A stretch of 64,000 bases of DNA from Marsupella aquatica (lineage: Eukaryota > Plantae > Marchantiophyta). Of the stretch, positions 27,201 to 41,300 are shown in pieces. The DNA lies in contig OZ316896.1 of assembly GCA_973895155.1 (NCBI GenBank), forward strand, positions 7,325,278-7,389,277. The letters run 5' to 3'. The notes beneath the pieces are model-generated. The model worked only from the letters and a program-made list of their open reading frames with translations, made no database searches and had not been told where the DNA came from. The first letter of the stretch is position 1. Every line of letters starts with the position of its first letter. The position numbers were made by a program, and so were the translations under genes.

Positions 27201-27526
27201 CCAAGGAGGTAAACCCAACATCAACCTCAGGCAGGGTCACGGCAGAGGATCCACCTGTCCTACAAGGCGGGGATAGCAAGGGCAAAGTCGGAATGCTCAG
27301 TGATGAGGCCGGTGTACCGAATCCACCACTAGAGCACGTCGGGGAAGCCGTAGCCATATTGGAGGCCGTGGCCAATGCTAAGGCCAAAGCCAAGGGTGGA
27401 CCCAGTCAAGCCGATGGAGAGTTGACTCGGTCCGGAGCAGGTAATCTGTCAGAGGATGGACCTACGGTAGTGGCTACGGAGGAAGTGTTGGGGGCGTCCA
27501 TTGAGGATCAGCCACCACTACCATGA
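24220..27526 (+). pseudogene. Long accessory ORF inside solo LTR D (LPW...FGLP domain, low-complexity linker, coiled coil)
   Basis: ORF pieces starting at 24220, 24874 and 25333 share one frame separated by TAG stops; later pieces give an E/K-rich coiled coil; resembles the ORF in LTR E. Confidence 0.7.
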
Positions 27527-28990
27527 CGGTGGTGGAGGGCCACTCCTTTTAAGGAGGGCGGACGTGGAGGAAGGAGGCGTGAGTGGGAAAGGCGGGCTCA
27601 GATCTCCAAGTTTAGAATTAGGATCAGGAGGCGGCCCTGACACTTAGCTTAGTGGGATTGCGGATCCACTGGTAAGAGCAACACTTGTGCTCCTGCCTCA
27701 TTGTACATAGGTAGATTACGATCAGGTTAGATTAGGCTTACGCTGCAAGGAATTGGGCGGATCCATTGCCAGGATAAGTACTTGGGCAGCGGGGGGTTCA
27801 GCACCTTCTAGCTTCCTTAGCAAGTTTTTCGTGCACCAGCAGGGTTGGGATCAAGTAATTAAAGAAGCTCTCGGTTAGTTATGTTGTGACCCTTGTGTAT
27901 ATTCATGTTTCCTCAGGGTCATTGTAGCGTGCGAGGAAACAGTAAAAAAATCCTCGCACTGGATCATTTTCTCCTTGGAATACCCAAAATTTGGCACGAA
28001 AACAACCTCGCTAGCATAAAGTGACTCTCGCTAGCCTAAAAGGAACCTTCTATTCCACCTATTTATTTAACTCCCGTTGGGTTTAAAAAGACATCCCAAC
28101 GATGCATTGGTACATATTACGTATTCCCCAGACACAAACGATCGTCGACGGCACCATAATTCAATATATAATTCCAACGTACATCAGGCCAGCAAAGTCA
28201 CTAGCCATAACTCTGCCCATCATTCTCGCACAAAATACTCCATGCGGTCATGACCCACACGACAAGCACTCATTAGAAAGCACGGGTTTAAACGGTTGCA
28301 GCAACAGCACTACACCGGATCATATCACGATAGAATCCAACGTCCCCTTCCTCATGAGTGAAGCGTGAAACGCAAAACCGCCGTTGAGGATCTGAGGCTC
28401 CCAAAATGCACTATATGTCATTCGGACCTCTCGACTCATCTCCATTCCTAATAGTGTCCTCACTCTTTCGCGATCGTCTTCGCATCGCAGAGTAACTTCA
28501 ATCGAGCTTGTGTTGTCATATCCACGGGCGAGGAGGGGATCTGGTGTTCTCGGGTGTGCCTCATTCTCGCAAAGTTTTTGTCGCACAAGGAGATGTAAGT
28601 TCAATACCGGGAGACCTCTTCACATCAAGTAGCATTATTGTTAATGAGAAAGTCTGGTTTTCCCAGTTCTATTTTCCTTCTCGTAGTTTTGCGCGTTTTG
28701 ACTCGATGAGCTTGGATGTTTTGAAGGTGACTGTTTCTATTTGGTAAACACAAGTGAGAAAGTAATCTGATACACTGCAGCGTTTGATACAGACAGAAAT
28801 GGCAAAGAACGATGACTCTTCCGCTCCAAAACCCAAATGGGTTCTGGAGGTCCGCCGCTACAACGCCAAAACTGACGGCCTAGTGGACTCGCCACCAAGC
28901 TCTCCTCCGGCAAGGAAGAGTGTACCCCCTCCGCTCAAGACTGGATCATCATCCAGTCGGGTCCCGCCTGTTGTCTGTGCTTCAACTCAG

Positions 28991-31900
28991 TGTGACGCCG
29001 CCGGTACGGCGGTTAATGAGTGATTCAGTCTAACTGCGCTCGGCACGCGCGTTAGGTGGGTCTTAGGCCGCTATTATTAGCATAACGACAGTATTTAGGT
29101 AATCATTAGGGGTAGGACATCATTAGGCAATAAGGGGGACTTCAGGTTCGGGCTGGCGGCGGGTCGCTATTCGCACACCCGGGTTACGAGCGTGGAAGGG
29201 CCCCTCCCTTGGGTCCGTATAACGAACTTAAGGAAGCGGCCACTGACGCACGCTGACTCAGACCGGCGGAGTGGCCGGTACACCACAAGCATGAGCGGTT
29301 TAGCCTATGGGCGTCGAGGAGACGTCGGGGATCGACAAGCCCTCAAAGTATAAAAAGGGAGCCAACCCTTTGTAGTGCACCAGTCCATCAGTCCGCGCGC
29401 CAGCTTTGACCCCAGCTCTCTTGTTCTCTCTAGGTCGCCACTACTATCTCCTCTGAGTGTCGCACACGATCCTCTCCAGTTCGGCCATTCGATTCTGGAC
29501 GCAGTTCCTATCTACCGGAAGGCACTTGGCCGATTCATTGAAACACGCCAACCCGCGCCGATACGAAATCGAACGCGAATACGAGAGAGCCATCCGCCTA
29601 GCAGGATGACACCACTACGTCCTTAACTTTGACTACCCGTCTCAGAGCGAGCTTTACCGACCAGCAGAGGTATCTGGGTACTTCTTCAACGGAGACAAAT
29701 ATATCGGGTTCTGGGAAGCATTGCTTCGGCTTCCGGACGAGGTCTTCAATATCCCGGGTACAATCGACCTGCAGCGACATCACTTCGACCACATCCCTGC
29801 CCGGGTTCGGCTGTCATTAACGGCGAGTCCAGTACCAACCGTTCGAGGGCGTCTACACTCGCTTCGGAGAACTTCTACCAGCACCTGCAGAGCTTCATGG
29901 GAACTCGGCCATCAACCAACATGACCAACTCAGCCGGGCCCGTACCCGTACCCTTGCCCATGCAGCCCCAGCCTCAACCTCAGGCTCAGCTTCAGCTTCA
30001 GCCTCAGCTGCAGCCTAGCCAAACCCCACCACCTATCACCCAGCCAGCACAGGTACGCTCCGTCATCAACACTGTGGATCTTAGCAATGACGACGAGGCT
30101 ACCCCACCCTTGACCAGGCGGCCCAGAGGAACAGGCGCTCGGGGGGCCGACACTATATCATCCCCACCCCCTACTCTGACCCCAGGAGCGGCCCCAACAG
30201 ACAACATGGTGATCGTGGCCGCCCCGGGCCCGTTACCAACCGCAGTGGCACTCCCCAGGCCCGATCGGGAGGATGGGGAAGTATCACCTTCCCCGAGTCA
30301 GTCACGGGGAAAGAAGAGGAAGGAATCCGCCACTGCATCCGGGTTACCGTTGGCCACGGTAGCCGTAGCCAAGGTGACGATGCACCGCATGGGGGAAAAC
30401 GTTCACAGCAACATCCTCCATCCCAAGCATGCAGTGTACCTGAAGACTCAGGGATTTGAGCACCTTACCTCCCTCCCCTGGAACACTTGCAGGTACTACG
30501 GGGAGGACATGACAGAATTCGTCAAGAATTATGATGACGTACGTCAACAGACTCGGCTGCGGGGAAGGAATATGTCCCTCACAGAAGAACGGCTCAAGAT
30601 GATCTTCGGGTTACCCGAAGGTGACCATCGAGTCGAATCACGGGCTCCCGGGGGCAAGGGGGCCAAGTACCAATCTTCAAATTTTCCCTCAGAGGGAGCA
30701 GTAGACAACGGGTTCGTGATGAGGACCTGTCTCATGCCCGAGATAGCGGAGCGGCTGGAGTTCCAAAGGTACGCTCTCCACATGATGGAACCCCGGGGGG
30801 AGATCTCCGCCGCCCAGGTTATCCAGGTCGAGAACTATCGACCTAGGAAATGGGCGTCGTACTTCGCTAAGAAATTCCATGAAAAGATGGAGAGGTGAAG
30901 GAAGACGCTGTACATTGGCGGGAAGGCGTATTTCACTAGCCACATCGAAATCATTCTGGAGTGGTACGCCCGGTTTGATCGACGAACCCTTCCCCGCATC
31001 AACGTTACAAAGCTGGTCCCAGCTAGGTGGGTTTTTCCGGCATTGGAGAGACGGCCCCAACCCGAGGCCCGAAGTCCAGTGGACACGCCAGCTTCACCCA
31101 CCCCACCTCCACAAATAGCTGTAATCGTAACCGAGGAGGCGCCGGAGGGGTTGGTCGTCGCAACCGATGCGACCCAACTAGCCGGGCTAAGTACAGAAGT
31201 TGGTACGGCAGAGGTCTTACCCGAACCCGGGTCTCCCAAGGACCCACCGGTGGCAATTTCGGAGAACCGGACATCGCTACAGGAGGACACTCCAGCCCCT
31301 TCCAACGTTATGTCCCCAGGGCTGGACGTCACTGCCCCGGCCCCTGCGCGTGTTGACGTCTGCCCGTGCCCAAATCCGGACAGGCACAACTTGGACCACC
31401 CGGAACTCTTCGTACAGGGTACGTTTCTGAACGGGCTTCTGGGAGATTTCTCTCATCAAATTGCCCGGGATACCGGGGAGTTCATGGCCCGGAAGGTAGC
31501 CTGTTTCTTCAATCAGGAGTTGGTTGCCACCGTAAAGGCAGGTCGGGCCCAGTCAGAGGCCCTTCAGAGGATAGAGCGGTACCGGGTGGAGTCCGTGTAC
31601 CTAAAGAATGAAGTGGCGGCTCAAGAGGCTGAGCTTCTGCAACTACGACCCAAGGTTGCAGCCGCCGATGAGTTGTTAGCAAAGGCGTACGCTCTTACCG
31701 CCCTAGCCGAGAAGCAGGACCAGCTGGCGGCTAAACTGACGAGCGACGCCCAGCAGCTGGAGGAGGCATGTCAGGAGGCAGCAGAGGAGACGGACGCGGC
31801 GAGGCGAGAGAACGAATCTCTGCTGGACCAGGTCCAGCTCCTCAAAGCGGACAATGACAGGCTTCGAAGGCAGCGGGATGGCCGTTCCCATTCGGGCGGC

Positions 31901-32820
31901 TCTGGCAAGCGTGCCAGGCATTAGCGGCGGAGTAGGAATAGATTAGGATTATGATTGGCTTAGTCAGGCTCTTGGGACAGGCACCTGCCTTAGGTACAGC
32001 AGCGCTGCCCTGCTGTCCAGCCTGCGTAGATTAGGATCTTCTAATAAGACACAGCCGTTTTCCGGCCTGACTGTCAGCTTAGTTAGGACCTTAGTCAGCG
32101 AATCTTCAGTGAGAGGACACCCCGTCCCTCGGCTCTTAGTATTTAGTGCACCCCTCGGTAGAGGCAGGGGGGTTTTTAGTTTCAGAGTCGGACATCCGCG
32201 GGATATGCGGGGAGTCCCGACCTCTGGGAATGACAGAGTACCAAGGGGAGGGGGTAGGACTAAGCTCGTCGGGCGAGTGCGGAGCCGGGCTCCGTTGTAG
32301 TGTGCACCCTCGGCCTTGAACCTGTTCATTCCAGGGCTGTCGGGTCAACTAAGTGTACGCATATGTTCCCTTTGTAGTAAAATCCTTTCCCATCATTTTC
32401 TTTCGTGTAGATCGAGATTGTATGCATGTGTGCGCATATGTGTGTGGGTTTCTCGTATATGGGTGGCAGCGCCAGGCCGAACGCACTACCCGAGACGTGC
32501 ATAGGGTGCAGCCTACGGGTAAGTGGTTGCGAGCACGGGTTGAGGACCTATATCATCGAATCCGGATCGAAGGCGGACAGCATGAAGGCTTAGAAGCCCT
32601 TAAGCCGGGGTCGATCCTGCTATCAACTAAGGTACGTTCCGGCGGCGGAACACAAACCATACCTAGGAGGTGTCCGTATTTAGCAGTATGCACACTTAGC
32701 GCTAGTTTACGAGAATAAGGTGCATTACGTGCTTCCCTTCCTGCCCGAACCCTCAGATTTACGAGGGATGTGCCCATCTAAGCTGAAGTCTGAGTTAAGG
32801 CCGAAGCCTACGACGTGACA
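28991..32820 (+). mobile_element. Solo LTR E (3830 bp) carrying a long ORF
   Basis: TGTGACG...CGTGACA termini; perfect TSD CTCAG; TATA-like TATAAAAAGG near 29349; no terminal direct repeats, PBS or pol. Confidence 0.88.
29897..31924 (+). pseudogene. Accessory ORF of LTR E, 676 codons with one internal stop
   Basis: 29897-30898 and 31043-31924 share a frame and 30899-31042 is open; P/Q-rich N-terminus, LPW...EFVKNYD...IFGLPEG domain, C-terminal coiled coil. Confidence 0.75.
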
Positions 32821-33567
32821 CTCAGCGACCTGCACCGCCAAAGGAAACAACTTCAAGCATTGTTTCCAGAGCACCAATGTCTTCTCGCACAAACCGGAAG
32901 AGAGAGGAAGAGGAGGAGGAGGAGGAGGAGGAGTCTTACTGGAGGGACATCAACATACACAACTACTGGACATCCGATATCCTAGCTTCCTCCGATTATG
33001 ATACGGATTCGGACACAGATTCAGACGCCTACAAGGCAGCATCTCCATGAATAGTACCCTAGACGACAATCACTCTACGTTGTGAACCCCTGTAGTTTTA
33101 CAGTTAATCTCTGACAAGTCCGTGACCTTACAATGAAATGATCGGTAGGACACAAACATTTTGTCAGTTACAGATGTTTTGATAAAGATTGGACACATAT
33201 CTGAATAAAGCTTCAAAAGTTTTTCCAATTTCATGAGTGCATACCTTGCTAGCAAGATCGCTAGTAAATATTGCCTACCGGTACTTGAGTGATTTCCGTT
33301 GTGGATGGCATGAAATCACTCCGTGTATGTTAAACTTTCACAAAAGTTTGGTCGAATTAAATCTTTATGTGTTGTTAATTGTTAGCGACATCACTAGTTA
33401 AAATAGGCAACATTTAGGACCCACACTTATTATACAGAAGATCCTCACTAACATACCATCAACATTCTTATTACTCGGAAAGTGTCCATTGTTCAGGTTT
33501 TGAAACCTGGAATGCGACAAAAACAGGTACTCTTAAACGTCCACCTTAACGGATAAAAGAGATGGAC

Positions 33568-36500
33568 TCAACTATTGTGTAATGGAATCAAACTCCTTAG
33601 TTCACCAATAGTCAGAATTGGCTGTTTCACAAGATTGTCTCTCTCTAGATTAAGCGAAAACTTATTTAAGTACACCCAGAGGAGATGTTTACAAGACATG
33701 TAGGGTCTTCCTCGCGTGTGCCTCTTGTAGAAGTCATCACAAGAGCAACAAGGGAAGCAACACACTTGAACCCAATAGTTGTGTGCAATTCTAGAGTCAC
33801 TCTCGTGAGTAGCGATGAAATATTGCCATCCCCATCCGTTTCCTATGCAAATCTTGTCACTTCCAATGACTCTCATTTGTTCGACAGTTGCAGATCAAAT
33901 GCGTTTAAGAAGCTTCGGGGTGTTCTGGAAACGTTGCCGAATGCCTTTCCCATTCCGAGTCTTCAATCGACGATTTGGATAAGCAATGTCAACCCTTTTG
34001 GGGAAGGCGTTCACATCAATTTAGAGGTCAAGACGACTTGCAGGAGAGAATGACCTGATTGGTGTCGCATCAGAGTATGATAACCCTATGATTTGAAAGC
34101 CATTTCGAAGGAAAAAATCAATCTCTTCAGGGGTCAGACTAGTTCCTCGTTGGACTTGCAGTGCCTCAGGTGGTTGCGGGAGCTGGGCAAGAGTCCTTCT
34201 TCCACCTGTTTTATGGCACTTATTATTTGGACAAAAGTACAGAAGCTGACGATGTGGGGAGGACAACCTCAATCCATGAATGGCCACACCAACAACTCCA
34301 GTCCGGAATGCCTTATATCCAGTTTCCTTGATCAGATTATGGCATTCTTCTCTACCAAAGACACTCCGATCCACTAGTCCGTTGCACACAGGTCCACTCC
34401 CTTTCCCACTTTGTCTCAAATGCCAGGTCCCATACGAAACATCAACCTCTTCAATAAAAGGGATCCTTCGGGGGGCATCCCGAATCTGATCCTGACTATT
34501 TTGAGGAGATGGTATTTCTCCAACATCATTTGTAATCGGTGTTCCTTCTACATCTATTCCAAGGCTTCGTTCTTCACCATCATCTGAGATATTGATAACT
34601 TCACGAGGGAGAGCATCTGTCTGGTGGGTGGGACAGTTTTCATTATCAAGAATACACGACGGTCCCCCAAGGTCAGAACCACTTCTGAAACTACTTAATT
34701 CAGTGTACAGATTCCTTCTTTTCAAGCTTGACGGAGATGTTATTGTACGCAATATTTTATCATGTCGATGAGAATCATTCTCATGAATAGACGCGGAAGC
34801 ATTACCCTTACATTGTCCGAATATCCCCATGTAAAGGCTCTGTTCTATAGAACTCATACTTTCCAGAGGATTCAAATAGTAGATTGGATTCCTTCTCGTA
34901 GGCATCCAACGATCCCATAGTATTTTTATTGCGATAGGCCAGCTCAAATATTGTAGGACCATTACCACGATGACATCCTTCCATATATGCGGTGAACGCA
35001 ACAATCTGTCCAACTGCTCAATTCTGATAAACTTCACATGCTTCCATCAAACCAATTCTCTTCTTCGGTTGGCACAATCGCATGGAAGCATGAGAAGATT
35101 CAGATCCTGCGCAGTTTGGCATCAAGGCAAACTCTTTTGCAGTTTGTATCTGCCACAGAATCAATGTTAGTCAATGTATTCAGGCTAGCGACCTCGCTAG
35201 TAGAAAGCACACTAGTTACAGACTAGCTAGGGTTAAAACAACGATATTTAGGCTAGCAATCTCGCTGGCTTAAATTTATCATAAATGATGGATAAAACTT
35301 ACCACTCGAATAAAATTGCCCCATTGTCTCCATCGCACAACCCACCATGAAATCCAACCTTGAAGGGATTTGAGCTTTGAAGGATGACAATTCCCTTCTT
35401 TCCACCATTTTTGAATGTTGTCTGCAATTCTATACGCTTCGACGTAAGTTGGGGCAATCCTTAACTTCTCCCACATCTTATAATGCTCTGCATGACACCC
35501 CTCCTTGATGCCATCCAATGTGTGTCTCCTCAGGGACTGAGAAAAATGGAAAGCATCGCTGTGCTCTTTCATAGGATTTCGAACACCACCAAAAAAAACT
35601 CGTCGTACAGCAATCCAACCCGCCTCTGCATTGTCAGCTATGAATCCTCCAATAACAGGATTATGCACTCCATTCTCCGATGCCACATCTACCATCAATC
35701 GCCATGCAGTTTCAAGGGACTCGGTGTCTTCGGCTCTCAACTCACAAGTAAAAATTGTACATAGAGCCTGGTAATTGTGGTTATAAACATGTGCACTGAA
35801 TGTCAACCATCCAGTAGTGATGCGATGCATCACGTCAAAACTGACCCAAGCACCTTCCAAAACTCTTCCAGACTCCATGCTCCTCAAAATGTCCACACCA
35901 GATCCAGGTCCGTTTGTACTCATTTTGAATACATGCGCTCGATCATTCTTATTCCCTTGACTAGGAAAAAGGTACCTTTGCACAAAAGGGAAATTATTCC
36001 TTGACTGCATTTCACGAAGGGCATCAAGTTCTCCTTTTTTGGGATTATCCATCTTGATACTCCGGAGTATAGCTTGGAACTTGGGAGTAGTGGAAACCAC
36101 ACCTATGGAACTCCAGATTTCCATCTATTCTTCTCTCGACAACTGAGATGATGATTCCGGATGCAAAAGTGAGACAAGGCTGCCAATGGACTGGTTCCTC
36201 ACAAGTGCTGGAGTTGATACTGGATTCAATCTATGGACCCCTAAAATGACATCTTACGCAGTCTTTCTTGCTGAACGAGATTTCCCTTTCCAAACTGGAT
36301 GGTCATGGAATCCCATATGCACAACCAACCTGGACATATGCATTGAAATGTGACTCTACAAACCTGGCTTAGGGTACACGTACAACAGTTTTGCCGGGAA
36401 ATTTCAAATACAAAGCGGCCGCTCTTCACAAAATCCACAGACAATGTCACCCTCACTCACGTGCTCCTCTCGGGGGGTTAACTAAGTGTATATTTTGGGG

Positions 36501-37768
36501 TACCACATGCGATCCTAGCCTAATATAAATAGACCTATTTTATAAAGAAAATATTCCAAGAATATTCTCTATTTTCAATATGAATAGCCTATTTTATTTT
36601 ACAAAAGGTATATATTAAAGAATATTCTATAAACATGAGTTTATAATACATTCTTTTGCCTCCTACGCTTTTTAATTTTTTTTTAATTTCTACCAAAAAT
36701 ACCTGTTTTAGATCGCACGTGGTTCCTAAGATTTTTTATAGTCAACCCCCCAAGGTGCTCCCCAAGACGAAAGATGTCAGTCAGTAACCCTTTCCCTCTA
36801 AACGAGCAAGCATTTTTCTCATTCGTATGCTTGAACTTCCGACATCCCAAATTTTGGCATTCAAGTATTCCAACACATCGGACTTTTGAGGCAGACCAAT
36901 GGAACCTTGGCTTCAGGTTTGCAGACATAGTGACAAGTCGAGTCCACGGATAGCCGTCGTTCTCTCGATCCATATCTTGAAGACCTCCTCCGCGTCCGGA
37001 CCCTTCGATGGGAGGAAGTTCAAAAACAACGTTACTATTGTATGTCGATAGCAGACTAGGAACCTGGCATTCCTTCCACTAATTCCCTCTTCAAAATTGT
37101 GCAAGTTCACTCACGCCACTTATATTGAGAAAAGCGTCATAAGCACTCATCCGATACACTATTGGCATGGTAAGCACATCCATTTTCTTGACCAATCCTC
37201 CGGGTTCCGAACCACCTCCTGACTTGGCTGACCCACAAGATGTGTCCTGCCTTAGACTATCAAGAGATATTTCAATGATATCCGGGGCCATTTCTTTTGT
37301 AGGCATTTCCAGATCAATCATACGAGTAGTTTTTTCTTCAGGAGGAGAATCCACATGGTCCAGAATGATATTAGGAATGCCATCTTTACTTGACACAACC
37401 TCTACATGAGATCCAACCTTCAATGTCCAAACCCTATTGGAAGTACTACTTTTTTCTCTCAACTCGTGACTACGTGTTCTATTTTGACAATACAACTCAA
37501 ACAACTTGTAGATGATATCACCATCTAGAAGTCCAAACCGAGTTGTAAGGAATGACTCTGTCACTGTCACCTCCGATGAACCTGGTGTGCTAGGAAGCAC
37601 AACTACATCTCCCATCATTCTACGCTCCAAAATGACTTTGCAAGCCATCTCAATCGTCCTAGACAAAATTTTAGATGACAACAAAAGAAGATGACTATGC
37701 TTAGGATCGTCTACATGACCCTTATGATGAAGCTTTAATCTCATTTCATCCCAACGGAAACAACCCAT
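33568..37768 (-). pseudogene. Mutator-like transposase: GCM-like zinc domain, DDE core, C-terminal SWIM finger
   Basis: DGYPW...CVGILECQNLGC...CGFC...HMGFHDHP; WVSFDVM, FIADNAEAGWIAVRRVF...AFHFSQ and, after an intron (~35150-35302), GSESSH; CSCDDF...CKHLLWV. Several stops and a MITE. Confidence 0.82.
36469..36754. mobile_element. 286-bp MITE with 8-bp TSD, copy 2 (inverted relative to copy 1)
   Basis: Near reverse complement of 12239-12524; TSD GTGCTCCT/GTGCTCCC. Confidence 0.92.
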
Positions 37769-38332
37769 TGACCAAATTGTCAGAGAGTTTCCGTTGATGT
37801 GACCGTTGTTTTGTTTTTTACTACTTGTATCGTCGGAGTCCTCATGCTAGTGAGATCTAGCATATAATGACACGCTTTATGGATATATTTATAAAGATTT
37901 TCCTAGATTTTATGTATATATAGACTGCAGATTTCAGGCCAGCGATCTCGCTAGCCAAAAAGTAATTTCAATGGTCTTTAATTTTACCATTGGGATTCCA
38001 TTCATAATAGTCAACGGGTACCAACTACGACCAACACCTATCCTGTTTTGTATGGATTACATACTCCCGGTCGTGAGAGTTGTTCTTCGCATTTTCCCAA
38101 AAGTACAACTAGTGATCTATGCCAGGAGATTTCTGTTATTCCTTCCTCGGATTCGACATCGTCTTCTGTATTCATGACTGTACCTCTTTAGGACTTCATC
38201 TGGTCTTTGTAACAGTCTGTACGGCTGTCCGGTACTGATTGTTGTTGATGTTTGTCACTCGTGCTGGGATTGCATCCTCTGGACAGGAACACTCTTCAGC
38301 AAAGTACACTCTTTGGCGAAGGGTTTTATTTC

Positions 38333-41300
38333 ATGGAGTCGTCGTTGTCTCTAGAGAATATTTCTTTCAGAGGATTGTTCCAGTCCAGGGAGTCGACTAG
38401 AAGAGAAACAAGGTCTATAGCGAACAAGAAGGTGCTAGCATCGGGATTGAAGACTCCAAGACGACCCAAGATGGTGATAGCAGTAGATGTTGTGGCACCG
38501 GTGTTTGATCCGAGCGCTTCGGAACCTTATACTGTTGTCATAAACCATCATCTTTACTCTTTCGGAGTGAATGAGTTTGGTTTTTATCTGGCTCCCCCTT
38601 GAATTCCTCTCTGCAGGATGAGGAACATGCAAATTGTTCGATCTCTGTAGAAGGATTCAACTACGATAGACACACTGAAGTCCGAGTTCAGGACCCAGGG
38701 TTACATTGAAGATGCGCCTCGGTTTTATGTACAGATGACCAACGAGGATGGAGAGCTCCAATTGTGTATTGATGCGATCTGTGAAACTTTGGATGACATT
38801 TGGGTGCTTCAGAAAGAGGAGTTCGAACGCGAATGTGATTCCCATGTATCTTTACACGTCCTCAAAGACAAGATGTTCTTTGTTTTTGATGGAAACCATC
38901 GACTGTATTCTTGGACTCAACTTGTGGAAGAGCATCCGGAAGATATTAAGTACCATCTACGAGTTGTTTGCAAGATTTTTAAGGGTGATAAAAACTCATT
39001 TGTTCAGATCGAGTCGGCAATGCACGCATTGAACAGGTGCAATTTCTAAGTATAACATTTTCTTGAAATTTGTGTTTTAGTTAATCACTTTCTGCTAGCA
39101 ATCTCGCTAACATGAAAATTCTCTGGCAAGTTGACACAATGTCACGTTGAAAACTCCTGGGTTTTGGAGGCCGAACGGGTCCAAAAGATTCTGAACAACG
39201 ACTTGTCAGTTTACAAGGATATCATCGATGCTGAGAATTACAAACTTTTCCAGCAAAAGATGGCAAACATGCGGAAGGCAGCTTGGTATTCCAAGAACAT
39301 GACGCTGGATGCTTGCACTTATATTCTATCCGCTGCTAACATTGCATCTTAGACGGAAGACCTCAAGAAAAAGTTTGCTTTGAAGGAAGCTCAAGGGGAG
39401 CCCCTGTCGAAGGCCTCACAGGAGTTAGCAATGCAGGAGATGATGAAGGAGCAATTGGCTGATTGGAATGTGAAAGTTCCTAAGATCGGTCCATTACTGA
39501 ATCCAAAATTTGGTGACTTTTTCAAGAAATGTGTAGAAATGCATAACTACTGCAAGAATGAGAGAAAGGAGGCCCACAGAACTGATGACAAAGGACGAGG
39601 AAATGTTTCTTGTGGTCTTGATTGAGCTCGGTTGTTCACAGGGGTGACGTCCTTATCCCCAGAACTCCGATGTACACTCCTGGAAGCGTAGTGTTGTCCA
39701 AAGCTTTGAAATAAGTTCTTTCATCCTAGTCAATTTTCAGATAGTGAAACGAAGCTTTGGCTTCACCGCTGGGCAATGTGGGAGCAAGTCGAGTCAATTG
39801 CGTCTTCCCTCATGTCTAAAATTGTGTTTGAGGTTATGCCTACTGTCCCAAAGTCCCGGATCCTTAGTTCTTCAAAAAAGACCAAAGCTTCGCTCATCCT
39901 TGACATTGAGGAGGATTTTGAGGATTTCCAGACTCGTGTTAAGACTCATTTCTTCCTTCAAGCAGATTTGGCCTCCCAAGACAGGAGAGAAGATCGAGAT
40001 TGCATTGTTCCGAAGGAGAGCAAAGAGATACACGTATCAATTTTTTGTAGACAAAGAAGTAGCAGACAAATTCTACTGGTGGTCCTACCCAGCTTGCTTC
40101 TCCCCATGGATTGCAGGAGTTAAAGAGGATCCTATAGGTGACAAATTTGGGGATTATTCTATGTTTCCTTGCGAGGGATGTGAGGCTCCAAGGAGAATGA
40201 GCGAGTGGGAGATTCTTCACTGTCCATGGTATTTGGACTCGGACAAGTGGTCTGTCACCTTCAACACTGCAGAGAAAGCCGCTCTTCATATGATCAATCA
40301 TGGATTCCTTCCGGAGTCTTACATCTCGGAGTCCAAATTGGCACCCACTGACGCTGAAGTTGGTGGTTGCGAGGCTATGGAAAAAGGCTTGTCTTGGTGT
40401 AGCTGCAATAGTGGATAGGAGTCGGTCTCGAAAGCCAAGGAAAGGTGCAGTGAAAGACACATCCAAAGATGGGTCCCAAATATCGGGAAAGCCAAGTAAG
40501 TGTGTCAATGTTTCGCTTCATTTTCTTTTCACGATCTTATGTGTTTCTAAAGAGACAGATTCTAATAGCTATTTTTTGACAAAGAGGAGGAAGGGTACTG
40601 CTTCTGAGAGTTTGAAGAGCGGGGCAGATGATGGAGTGGAACCTCAGTCCCCAGATGTCGAAGTAACAACAAAGAGCACAGTGGATTTGGGAAGTATAAA
40701 GCGTCTGAAATGAAAGAGGAATGTCCAGATTCTGTCGGATTCGGATGATGATGAAGTTTCAGTTGCTCAAGGCGTCGCTCGGATGTGTGGGTTGAAGATG
40801 GATGGCTAGAGACATTTCCTTGCTCGCAGTAATTTGATCGACACTGCGAATTCTATCAGCGTAAAGAAAGTAAGGCCATCTTGGATGGGAGATGGAGACG
40901 ATGGATTTCTGGGATGTCCAACAGTGTCGAATGCCCAAACCCTATCATCATTAATGGCAAGCCATGTATGATGGGATTGGAGCACATTTGGGATTCATTT
41001 CTCTTCCAACAGGGCATAGAACACGCGTTATAGACAAAGAGGTCCTGCCCTGGAATGTGTGGAGCGAGAAGCTGCCTTCTTACTTTTTTGGAGTCACGAG
41101 ACCCATGCTTTCGGACGAAGGATATGTGGCTGTGCTTCATAGCTTGGATTTCAATCACATGCGACAAATATTTATTGCGGTTGAGCAAAAAAACAAATTC
41201 AAACACGTACAACAATATACAGTTTTATTATCCACTCCTTTATGGAGAGCCGATATGGATATTGAGGTACATATTACTGAGATATTTTGATGCGGTTTTA

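Larger units (their letters stand above)
28799..33050 (+). pseudogene. Small 138-aa ORF of the DNA transposon, split by solo LTR E (28799-28990 + 32826-33050)
   Basis: Removing LTR E and one TSD joins ...VCASTQ|RPAPPKE... in frame to a stop at 33050; S/P-rich with a poly-E and acidic tail. Confidence 0.6.
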
